NCBI RefSeq assembly: GCF_006345805.1
Contig: NC_042997.1
Location: forward strand, 23,374,001 to 23,438,000
Direction: 5' to 3'
DNA length: 64,000 nucleotides
DNA from: Octopus sinensis
Taxonomy: Eukaryota
The notes below the pieces were generated by a model that saw only the letters and a list, made by a program, of their open reading frames with translations, was not told the DNA's origin and made no database searches. The first letter of the stretch is position 1. Every line of letters begins with the position of its first letter. Position numbers and translations under genes: made by a program. Shown in pieces: positions 12,363-23,571 of this stretch.

Positions 12363-12449
12363 TCTTCATCATGTCCAAATGCAATGAAGAAAGATCTCTT
12401 GGGTTTAAAACCTGATTTTAGAGCATGTTCCAAAGCTTCCATGATACCC
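12363..12449 (-). CDS. PM20D1: PM20D1-like coding exon 3 (catalytic GHDEE)
   Basis: 87 nt, phase 0-0, AG/GT flanks. Encodes GIMEALEHALKSGFKPKRSFFIAFGHDEE. Confidence 0.96.
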
Positions 12450-13047
12450 TGGAATATACAAAAAACAAAATTATAAGGCACAAAAAGAAAATGACTCTCC
12501 CCAGACACAACAGAATATGCTTCAACACATGAACTCATATAAAGAATCTTGCAAACCAAATCCAAAAACGAAATATTTATGGAAGTTGTATGTGATAAAA
12601 TTTAGTTTTATTTCAAGAATTTCATCTCTTCTTTAGCCATTAATATTAGAGCTGCTAGAAATATCCAGGTTAACATTTATCTATTACTTTAACTGTGACT
12701 AAATTTAGTAATAAAATGTTCATTCTGCAAATTGATTTGAAAGGATTTAACTTTTGTTCAATATATAAAGTTTACCTTTCTAAGAGAAATTATTATTCTT
12801 TTAGCAGAATCGCTAAAGCATAAGAAAAATACTATGTAGTATTTCTTATGGCTCTTCACAATCTGAGTTCAAATTCTGCTGAAGTTGACTTAGCCTTTCA
12901 TCCTTTCAGGGATGATAAATTAAGTACCAGTGAATCACTGGGGTTGATGTAATTGACTAGTCCCCTCTCACCAAATTTCAGGCTTTGTGCCCTTAGTAGA
13001 AAGGATTATTATTATTATTATTATTATTATATTATTATTATTATTAT

Positions 13048-13597
13048 AAATATGTTTTAGCTTTGTTTTGATTTATACAAGTTCCATCTAAGTCTCAATT
13101 AGAGATATTAAGGGTCAACAAGGTTTTGCATCCAAAGTTGCATTTACAGGGAGAGGAATATCAGTAAAATTAGTGAGGTGCACGTAAGTATTATCTTTAG
13201 CATTTCACTTATTTTGGGGCTGCCAAGGATTTGGTCTACATATTTGTTTGCTCCTCTTGATACTATACCAAGTGCCCCAAAGATAATAGGTAATGCCGTT
13301 GCTTTGAGAAGCTACATTTTTCTGATTTCAATCTCCAAGCTCTTATATTTGCTCAATTTCCCAAATGTTTTCAGAGATGTGTTTTTGTCAGCTGAGCCTG
13401 CAACATCAATCAGAAAACAAGTACTTTCAATATGATTTTTCACTATAAGCGTAGGAGTGACTGTGTGGTAAGTAGCTTGCTAACGAACCACATGATTCCG
13501 GGTTCAGTCCCACTGCGTGGCACCTTCTACTGTAACATCAGGCCGACCAAAGCCTTGTGAGTGGATTTGATAGACAGAAACTGAAAGAAGCCAGTCG

Positions 13598-13684
<87 letters not shown>

Positions 13685-14130
13685 ATGTATATGTTTGTGT
13701 GTCTGTGTTTGTCCCCACCAACATCATTTGACAACCAATGCTGGTGTGTTTATGTCCTCGTAACTTAGCGGTTCGGCAAAAGATATCGATAGAATAAGTA
13801 CTAGGCTTACAAAGAATAAGTCCTGGGGTCTTAGAAACAAGTAAAAGAGTAAAAGAGTAAAAGAATGGGATCTGGTCAGTTTGCTTCAGCCTGGATACTG
13901 TAATTGTAAAGAATGGTAATCTTGGCATTCTGAGCAATTTGTGGTGGCTTGTATTCCCACCAATTATTTTTATGAGGGAAGTTGTATGTGCAACATACTG
14001 ACCAGTGTATGTACCAAGCAGCCCTACAAATATTTTTTTTGTGCCAGTCTGCTGTATCTAGAGATAATGTGGTCAGTTGTCTCTGGATGTTCTCGGCATA
14101 TGCAACACAATGAGCTGCTTTCATGTTTCA
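13048..14130 (-). mobile_element. R4/Dong LINE 3' fragment interrupted by a SINE
   Basis: Zinc-knuckle CICREHPETTDHII and HWSVC...WWEYKP at 13870-14130. REL domain LIDVAG.ADKN...KYKSLEIEI...PIIFGALG at 13150-13440. The 3' end abuts the (ATT/TAA)n array at 13005-13047. Confidence 0.85.
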
Positions 14131-14370
14131 GGACATTACTCTTTCTTTTTTATTCTCTTTTACTTGTTTCAGTCATTTGACTGCGGCCATGCTGGAGCAC
14201 CGCCTTTAGTCAAGCAAATCGCCCCCAGGGCTCATTCTTTGTAAGCTTAATATTTATTCTATCGGTCTCTTTTGCTGAACTGCTAAGTTACGGGGGACGT
14301 AAACACACCAGTATCAGTTGTCAAGCAATGATGGAACAAACACAGACACACAAACATATACACACACATT

Positions 14371-14413
<43 letters not shown>

Positions 14414-14416
<3 letters not shown>

Positions 14417-15020
14417 AGGCTTAGCCAATACCGCAGGATGAAAAACATCAAGCTAAGTTCCCGACCTGTTTCCTCTTTTCATTGTTTTTGCAAGCCTTAT
14501 TATTATTGTATCCCCATCTAATAGCGTTATCGTTGTCTTTCGTCTCAAATGCTAGCTGAAGCATAAAAACTTTCACTCACAAAAACTTATTCACACCACC
14601 GCAAAGCATTTCATCTCAATCCTGTCTTCTTTCTGCCGCCTAAAACCTCATTTCCCAATGCGCGGTGTCACTATGTCTCTCTCTCTCTCTCTCTCTCGCT
14701 ATGTGGTGTCGGTTCTCCCTCTGTTTTCACTCTCTCTCTCTCTCTCTCTCTCTTCGGTATATATCTCACCTTCACTCGCTTCCACAGGCTTAGCCAATAC
14801 CGCAGGATGAAAAACATCAAGCTAAGTTCCCGACCTGTTTCCTCTTTTCATTGTTTTTGCAAGCCTTATTATTATTGTATCCCCATCTAATAGCGTTATC
14901 GTTGTCTTTCGTCTCAAATGCTAGCTGAAGCATAAAAACTTTCACTCACAAAAACTTATTCACACCACCGCAAAGCATTTCATCTCAATCCTGTCTTCTT
15001 TCTGCCGCCTAAAACCTCAT
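14414..15020. repeat. Near-identical 238-bp direct duplication (14414-14651 / 14783-15020)
   Basis: Both copies read cacaggcttagccaataccgcagg...gcctaaaacctcat, separated by a ~130-bp (CT)n-rich spacer. Confidence 0.92.
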
Positions 15021-15489
15021 CTTCTCCCAAAAACCTCATCTTCTCCCAATGCGTGGTGCACCCACCCTCCCACCCCCACCACCAATACCGGTGAACACTG
15101 TTCTCACCATCTACACCGGATACTCCCTCTTATGTTTCTCTATCTGTCTAACTATTTATCAAATTTCTCTATCTATCTAATTTCTCTATCTATCTATCTA
15201 TCTTCATTCGTCTAAAATCAAACTTCGTATCTTCGCGGTGCACCCGCCCTGCCCACCCCCACCACCAATACCCGATATCTCTATATTTTGCTCCATCTAT
15301 ACCGGATGTCGCTTCTCCCACCACCATTATAGGTGTCTACTCTTCGAACCCCCCTCTTCAATACGCTATTTCACCATGCATTACCCCTCTCTCGATATCC
15401 TACGTTCTACTTGCCTAGAACCTGTCATCATTTCTCTGAACCACCCCTCCCCACTGGTGCTCCCCTATATTTCTGAACCCCCCCCCCCC

Positions 15490-15742
15490 CCACATAAAAA
15501 GCACCATCCGAACGTGGCCGATGCCAGACCCCTCTGGCACCTGTGCAGGTGGCACGTAAAAAACACCCACTACACTCGCGGAGTGGTTGGCGTTAGGAAG
15601 GGCATCCAGCTGTAGAAACACTGCCAGACTAGACTGGAGCCTGGGGCAGTCCCGAGCTCCCCAGACCCCGGTCGAAACCGTCCAACCCGTGCTAGCGCGG
15701 AAAACGGACGTTAAACGATGATGATGATGATGATGATGATGA
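15490..15742 (+). mobile_element. RTE-type 3' UTR/tail repeat, young copy (representative)
   Basis: acactcgcggagtggttggcgttaggaagggcatccagctgtagaaac...cggacgttaaacgatgatgat. Further copies at ~10990-11175, 11490-11760, 16280-16450(-), 35760-35970, 38680-38835, 41490-41660(-), 43720-43870, 54856-55040(-), 56870-57054 and 58328-58820(-). Confidence 0.85.
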
Positions 15743-17962
15743 TATACGATGGGCTTCTTTTTCAGTTTCTGTCTGCCAAATCCACTCACAAGGCTTTGGT
15801 CGGCCCGGGGCTATAGTAGAAGACACTTGCCCAAGGTGCCACGCAGTTGGACTGAACCTGGAACCATGTGGCTGGTAAGCAAGCTACTTACTACACAGCT
15901 ACTCCTATGCCTATAGTAATTCCTAGTTGAAATAAGAAAGATAGCTTGTGTTATTAAATAACAACAGCAATAACATGTAATACAATTCTGATTTTGAAAT
16001 AAAAATATTTACAAATGTATGGCTGGGCACTGGAATGGCTGTGTGGTCAAGAAGTTTGCTTCCTAACCGTATGGTTTTGACTTCATCCCACTGAGTAGCA
16101 CCATGACCAAATATTTTCTGCTAGAGCTTCAAAATGACCAAAGCCTTGTGAGTAGATCTTGGAGACTGAATCTGAAACAAGCTCGTGGTGTGTATGTATG
16201 TTTGTGCATGTGTGTGTGTGTGTGTGTGTGTGTGTTTATGTGTGTGTGTGTCTGTGTGTGTGTGTGTGTGTATATCATCATCATCATCATCATCATCGTT
16301 TAACGTCCGTTCTCCATGCTAGCATGGGTTGGACGGTTCGACCGGGGATCTGGGAAGCCAGAAGGCTGCACCAGGCTCCAGTCTTATCTGGCAGTGTTTC
16401 TACAGCTGGATGCCCTTCCTAACGCCAACCACTCCGTGAGTGTAGTGGGTGCTTTGTGTATATGTGTGTGTGCGGACACGTACATACATGCATGTGTGTG
16501 TGTGTGTGTGTACGTGTGTGTGTACATGAGTGGGTGTTTGTATCTCTCTGCCATGACATCACACAATAGCTATAAACAAGTGTTACCATCATATAAGTGG
16601 TTCTTTCATAAAAAACATGTCGACCTAAAAGGAAATATTAGCTTGTTTGGAAATAGGTAAGAGTTGGCAAATAGGTAGGAAGGACATCTAGGCCATAGAA
16701 AATCTGCCTCAAAATCTGCCTCTGATCCAATCAAGTATGGAAAAATGGACATGATGATGATGATGATATTGATGATGACGATGACAACAACAACAACGAC
16801 AATGACGATGATGATGATGATGATGATGATAATGATGACAACGACGTCTGACAATGCAAACGATTACTATCATAATAGCTAATCAAGTAGTGCCAAAATT
16901 ACGTGAGACAAGAAACAATAGCTAAGTACAATGCTACTATCATTGCCTTCAGGTAATATTAATATGTATAGAGAAAAACAACCCAGTTAGTCAGATTTGT
17001 TTCTCTTGACTGCATGTATGTATGCATGTGTGTGTGTGTGTGTGCGTGTGGAGGGGGAGGTGCACGTATGTGGGTGTGGGTGAGTGGGTGTTTGTATCTC
17101 TTTGTCACGACATCACACAATAGCTGTAAACAAGAGTTCTTTTGATTATGATTTTGAACTGGGTGGGGATAACTTGAAAAAGACTCCTTAGATGATGTTG
17201 TTCTTTTCTTTTATTCCTTTATTGTTTTGCTCGTTTCAGTCATTTGACTGTGGCCATGCTGGAGCATCACTTTTAGTCGAGCAAATGAACCCCGGGACTT
17301 ATTCTTTGAAGCCTAGTACTTATTCCATCGGTCCCTTTTGCCAAACCGCTAAGTTATGGGGATGTAAACACACCAACATCGGTTGTCGAGCAATGGTTGG
17401 GGACAAACAGAGACACAAACATATATAGAGACACACACACACACACAATGGGCTTCTTCCAGTTTCCATCTACCAAATCCACTCACAAGGCTTTGGTTGG
17501 CCCGAGGCTATAGTAGATGACACTTGCCCAAGGTGCCACACTGTGGGACTGAACCCGGAACCATGTGGTTGGTAAGCAAGCTACTTACCATACAGCCACT
17601 CTTGTGCCTAATCATCCCCAGAAGAATTTGTTAATCAAAACAGTTAATTGTTTATTAAGTTTAAGTTTATTGATTATTCTCTGTTCAAATCATCACTGTG
17701 TTTTTGACAACCCTTTTCAATCTTAAAATATTGACATTTGTTTTATTAATCTAACAGAAATGAAAGAATAATTGACATTAGACATGTTAAGTAAGATATA
17801 CAAATGACTACATTGAACAGTTTTTCTATATCGATAGAGGTAAAATTTGACTAAGCATGTAGTTGATAGTGAAGACTTGTTACCAAATATGCAGAAATCC
17901 AGGGATTTAGCTACTTCACCACTTCTGCTGGATGCTTTACTTCTTCTACTGATACTTCTGTG

Positions 17963-18134
17963 CTTTTTAGCACTACATGTCTATATGAGATGCCTTCTGA
18001 AAATGAACAACACAGTATAGTGGATTTCTACCATTACCATCATCACCATCATCATTATAATGGTAATGGTAGAAATCCACTATTCTGTGTTCATTTTCAG
18101 AAGGCATCTCATATAGACTTGTAGTGCTAAAAAG
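17963..18134. repeat. Long near-perfect inverted repeat (hairpin)
   Basis: Arms 17963-18040 and 18060-18134, 19-nt loop. Two mismatches and one 3-nt indel by eye. Confidence 0.93.
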
Positions 18135-19619
18135 GTACTCTGAACAAATATTGTTTCTGTCTCTAATAAAGAATTTGGTCACAATTATTTACCAAACTGG
18201 TTGAGATACAAAGCAATCGTAGTGTTCTACCATTACAACATCTCCACAAATTAGCATTAATCTATTGAAGTTGCAAGCCAGTCCTTACAATTTTATAATT
18301 AGATAATGATGGTTAAATGATTAAGGTACTGGTCTATGCAGTCCAATCATTAAATATCACAATGCCTTCAAAGTACTAAAATTACAATTTGAGGCTATTA
18401 TATAGCATCTGTTTTAGTTCAAAATGAGGTGCACTTTAAGAGATTTGGTGACCATTTCTTCCGAATGAGCAACAACATGAGTCCCCTCATTGGATCATTA
18501 GCATTTTATTGTGCTCTAAGTAGTTAGTTTAATAATTAATAATAGGTGTTACTATCTCAATAAAAAATGCCATTATACTTACTTCATGACTGAATGCTAT
18601 AAGAAATAACATCTATATACAACAAGCTGCTTTAATAACTCTATCATTAACATTATCAATAGCAACTGTTTCACTATGCTAGCAAGTGTTGGTTGGATCT
18701 GCATTCTTTCATTTGTAATGCTAAATTTTATTGATATGGATATAAGTTAATATTTATATATATCCAACTGACTCTCTTAATCTAATTTTTCTCCAGTTAC
18801 TGCTGATTCCCCATATTTACAGCCCACAACTCAGAAAAGATTATCACCCTTTCCTTTATATACTATTCTTTGGCCATAGAAATATGCTGCTTACAATTAT
18901 AAGCCATAAAGTTCTTCCAATACCACTTACATAACAATATATTTACTTCTTTCAGCAATTTATTTGAGCAGTTAAGGACTAGTCATTTATTTTTTATCTA
19001 TTTATTTTTGTAGTTTTGGCCTGAAGGAAAGGCTTTACCCATGGCTTTTGCAACCTTTCTGAGGCTGGTGAGTTTTATATGGTTAACATTCCACTCGAAC
19101 AGTTACAATTTGACTGCAGCAAGAAAAACATGTGCAAAGAGGAAAATAATCAATAAAATCATAATTATACAGGAGTGGCTGTGTGGTAAGTAGCTTGCTA
19201 ACCAACCACATGGTTCCGGGTTCAGTCCCACTGCGTGGCATCTTGGGCAAGTGTCTTCTGCTATAGCCCCGGGCCGACCAATGCCTTGTGGGTGGATTTG
19301 GTAGACGGAAACTGAAAGAAGCCTGTCGTATATATGTATATATATATATATGTATGTATGTGTGTTTGTGTGTCTGTGTTTGTTCCCCTAGCATTGCTTG
19401 ACAACCGATGCTGGTGTGTTTATGTCCCCGTCACTTAGCGGTTCGGCAAAAAGAGACCGATAGAATAAGTACTGGGCTTGCAAAAAGAATAAGTCCTGGG
19501 GTCGAGTTGCTCGACTAAAGGCGGTGCTCCAGCATGGCCGCAGTCAAATGACTGAAACAAGTAAAAGAGTAAAAAGAGTAAAAAGAGTATACAAAACTAC
19601 AATATTTGTCAATACATAC

Positions 19620-19852
19620 CATAACACTACCTTTTACATCTATAGCACCCCTACCATAAATGTAACCCTCATGGAGTTCAGCTGCAAAAGGATCAAATTT
19701 CCAGTTTTTTTCTGTCACAGGAACTACATCTAAATGTGATGTTAACAAATAGGGAAAGAGTTTTTTATCACTTCCTTCAACAGTATACAGCATGCTGTAA
19801 TTAGCCACAACTTCATATTTCACAAAAGGTGACTTGTGGACAGTTGGATAGG
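19620..19852 (-). CDS. PM20D1: PM20D1-like coding exon 2 (metal-binding HxD and D)
   Basis: cag acceptor at 19855-19853, gtatgt donor. 233 nt encoding YPTVHKSPF...LLTSHLDVVPV...GYIYGRGAIDVKGSVM, with M20 motifs SHLDVVP and YGRGAIDVKG. Confidence 0.97.
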
Positions 19853-19974
19853 CTGAAATAAACAAAATGAATAACCAAATAATGCTTGACCAGTTAGAAA
19901 TTTCTCTGAAACCTCACCCAATCATCTCAAAAGAAAATAGAAAGTAATAATGATAATAATAATGAGAGAGTATT

Positions 19975-20835
19975 GAAAGCAGAGAAAAGTGTGTGTGGGG
20001 GGGGACAAAGAAAGAAGTACAAAAGAGACATGAAGAAGCATTATGCAGCAAAGAACTACACAATCAATTCGACATATCCACAACTGAAGTTACCGGAAAA
20101 CGTAAGTGGGATTGGCTGAAAAAAGGAACACTGAGAGTACTATGCTGGCAGCATAAGACCAAGCACTTGCCACGAATTGTAGAGTCAACCTTAGGAATGA
20201 GCAAGTGTCTCCACTGTACTACATCTGTAATAGAGTGGACATAACCATTGCCCATATCGTGAATGAATGCCCTAGACTTACCCAAAACCACTACAAGTTG
20301 TGGCAATACGATGAGGTAGTGAGAATGCTATATTGGAAACTGTGCAAAAAGTGGGGGCTAGAGAGAAGCAAGACATGGCATGAGCACAAATCACAGAGAC
20401 CTGCAAAATCCTCTGGGATTTCCCAATCCAAATGGATCAGGTCCTAGAGCATAACAGACTGGACCTAGTGGTGGTGGATAAGATGCACCACATGTCCTAT
20501 ATAGTTGATGTTGCGTGCCTCTTTGACTCACAAGTAGTCGAGAAGGAAGGCAAAAAAATAGATAAATACAACCCTCTTAAGTACAAAATAGCCCAGCTAT
20601 GGAATATGAAGCAGGAAAAGATAGAGCCGATTATTGTTGGTTCCTTGAAAACAGTATCAGAAGGCATCAAGAGGAATATAAAGGAAATTGGAATAGAGTG
20701 CCTAGTAGAACTGTTACAAAAGGTTTGCCTCCTTGGCATGGCCAGAATAATCAGGAAAGAACAGATAGCATGATACTGTAGGCTGCAAGCCTGCTGTGCA
20801 TGTAAGATTCCAGGAATTATAGCAAAACCTGATAT
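19975..20835 (+). mobile_element. R4/Dong LINE 3' fragment #1 in TAA array
   Basis: RLDLVVVDK...IVDVACLFD...EKKIDKYNPLK..IAQLW...PIIVGSL (REL domain). TAA-like run at ~19943-19961 and (TAA)n at 20835-20951. Confidence 0.88.
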
Positions 20836-20881
20836 AATGATGATAATAATAATAATAATAACGATTATAATAATAATAACG

Positions 20882-20942
<61 letters not shown>

Positions 20943-20951
20943 TAATAATAA
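20835..20951. repeat. (TAA)n microsatellite (representative)
   Basis: Other TAA arrays at 3408-3432, 13005-13047, 21511-21611, 22378-22422, 23297-23360 and 38218-38258. Long (TA)n at 13613-13672 and 45581-45630. Confidence 0.95.
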
Positions 20952-21510
20952 TACATGCCCTGATGTAGTACCAGACAGTGGCTCTCATGGCTCCTGATCT
21001 TAACTGATTGGAAGTGTTATCATGTACATTGTTTTGTCTTGGTATAAAAGATGGGCTACAGCAAATATTCTGCTCAATAGCACAGATTCACTTGTCAGTT
21101 GTTTGACCTTAACTAGTTGACCATGCCCCTTTGTGGCTGACAATATGTGCATCTCTGATCATGAGCAGAAGTAGTGGGGGAGCATCATAGTCGTGTGTTG
21201 AAAGGAATTCTTAGAGGTTTGGATAATTCACTTTTGGAAACATGGGTGTTCATTCAACATCCTTAAACAATCCTTATTCAGGGATCTTTTGAGTGGGATG
21301 GGCTTCTCGACCAGAAGAAAATTCTAACTGGGCCCCACCTGCAAGGTCATGTGCTGTTTATCTTGATATGAGATCACCATGTTGTGCACATATGGTTGTG
21401 ATGCATGTGCCTGGTGTACCCTTATCAGACGGGTAGTCATGATGGGTATACTGGGCTTCGTATATTTTACCCCAGTGTCACTTTGATGGCATGCACTACT
21501 CTCTCACTCT
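20952..21510. repeat. Unclassified ~560-bp non-coding dispersed repeat bounded by (TAA)n
   Basis: Homologous copy at ~37265-37652 and a terminal fragment at ~37913-37947. No ORF and no recognisable tRNA head. Confidence 0.8.
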
Positions 21511-21549
21511 ATAATAATGATGATAATAATAATAATAATAATAATAATA

Positions 21550-21611
<62 letters not shown>

Positions 21612-21615
<4 letters not shown>

Positions 21616-22374
21616 CAGAAGCACTTATATATGCAACTCAAGAACAATTGACAGAGGCACTTACATGTGCAGCTCTAGAACAACTATGTAAAGTGCAGAA
21701 TAGAAGACACTACCGACAGCGACAAATGCAGAATGTGTAGTGAGAGGGATGAAATGGTATGGTGGATCGTTAGCGAATGCCTGAAATTGGCACAGCGCGA
21801 AAACAAAAGACATGAAAATGTGGCAAGAACAATCCACTGGGAGCTCTGTAGAAATCACGGCTTACAAAGAGCAAAGACGTGGTATGAGGAAATCCCAGAA
21901 GGATTCACTGAGAATGGGAATTGCAAGATCTTGTGGGATGCAATGATTCAGCGCAATTACCTGACCAGACATCGGAAACTAGACATTGTTGTGGTGAATA
22001 AAACAGAATGAACATGGATTATAATCAACATAGCATGTCCCAGTGACATGATCAAAGAGAAAGAAGAAAAAGATAAACAACTATGACAATTTGAAGCAGG
22101 GAATATGAAGGTTGTGGTCAATGAGGAGAGTAGACATGATATCAATAGTAATTGGCACACTTGGAGATATCAGGACTCAACTACCGATATGGCTCAAAAA
22201 AGATTGATACACGTGTGAAGATAGAACACCTGCAAAAATCAGCATTGTTTGGAACTGCAAGAATTCTTTGCAAGATTCTTGAAGCATGACCAGTAAACAA
22301 GTGTCACTTTGGTCTGCTGGCTGTGGTCAGCTGACATTTTCCATCATACCCAGCAAAATAAGCTGTGAGTTTTC

Positions 22375-22377
<3 letters not shown>
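21612..22377 (+). mobile_element. R4/Dong LINE 3' fragment #2 in TAA array
   Basis: CRMCSERDEMVWWIVSECLKLAQRENKRHENVARTIHWELC...KILWDAMIQ...RHRKLDIVVVNK. (TAA)n on both sides. Confidence 0.88.
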
Positions 22378-22422
<45 letters not shown>

Positions 22423-22425
<3 letters not shown>

Positions 22426-23292
22426 CAGAAGCACTTATATGCGCAGTCCAAGAACAAGTGACAGAAGCACTCTTTAAATGGGAATGCATGGACAGTTTTA
22501 AAGGAATACAAAAGACGTTAAGGGTAATACAGCATCATGGGCATTGCTAGAGCAAGGTAATTTGAGGCATACCACCAAAAGCCTGATCATTGCTGCCCAA
22601 GACCAGGCTCTCGCTACCAACTCTGTGAAGTATAACATCTATAAAACTTCTGACACCCAGAAATACAGACTCTGTGGAAAGAATGTGGAAAATGTGACCC
22701 ACTTGGTAAGTGGATGTGAAAGCCTTGCACTAAAAGAATAGAAGTGCCACCATGATAAAGTGTGTGTGGATCTTCATTGGCTTTTATGCCGTAAATACCA
22801 ATATGAAGTAACTGAGAACTATGAGCATGTACCAAGTAAAGTTATGTATGTACCAAGTAAAGTCTGGGACTATGATTTTCAGACGGATCATGTAATCGAA
22901 CACTGTCGGCCGGATATTGTCATATTGAATAAGAGGGACAAATACTGTCAGATCATTGATGTAGCCATACCAAATGACATGAATGTTGTGAGAAAAGAGG
23001 TTGAAAATATCATCAAGTACACCGAATTGAAAGTGGAAATAGCAAGACTGTATGGAATGCAAGAGGCTGATGTAAAAGTGAAAAACAGTGGTGATCAGAG
23101 CGTTGGGCTCAATCCCATTGAAACTTCAAAACTTCTTAAGGAAACTGGAAATTCCATTGATGTTTTGCAAAAAGCAGCCTTATTGGGCACAGTGCACATC
23201 TTAAGGAAAGTATTATCTGTCTGAGGTCCTTGTTGTGACTTGACAGATGACTAAAGACTCTGGTGCATTTTTACCTACACTGTGTTATGAAG

Positions 23293-23296
<4 letters not shown>
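22423..23296 (+). mobile_element. R4/Dong LINE 3' fragment #3 in TAA array
   Basis: KSLIIAAQDQALATN...KYRLCGKNVENVTHLVSGC and RPDIVILNK...IIDVAIPNDMNV...KYTELKVEIARL...KAALLGTVHILRKVLSV*. (TAA)n on both sides. Confidence 0.92.
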
Positions 23297-23353
<57 letters not shown>

Positions 23354-23571
23354 AATAATGATAATAAATTATAAAATAGGACAACATATGCAAAAATGTA
23401 TTTGCGACATACTATTCTTGAAAAAAACTGATGGATTAATCATGGCTAAAATATCTTTGACTGTAGGTCTCCTTGATGGAGACAACCTCAAAGGTAAACA
23501 AAAACAAATAATTGATTTGAGGAAGGAATCACTTCATGCTTGAAATAACAGTCAAATTTTAAATCACAGTC

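Noticed and set aside
14594-14615. caccaccgca(aa)gcatttcat match to 26685 in the putative LTR
   Set aside because: A 19-nt gapped match of this kind is expected by chance in 64 kb, and similarity does not extend.
20497-21740. ORFs with poly-Ile/Tyr/Asn runs (also 13504-13937, 16606-16854, 7354-7779)
   Set aside because: They are translations of (TAA)n, (TA)n, (GAT)n and (CA)n microsatellites.
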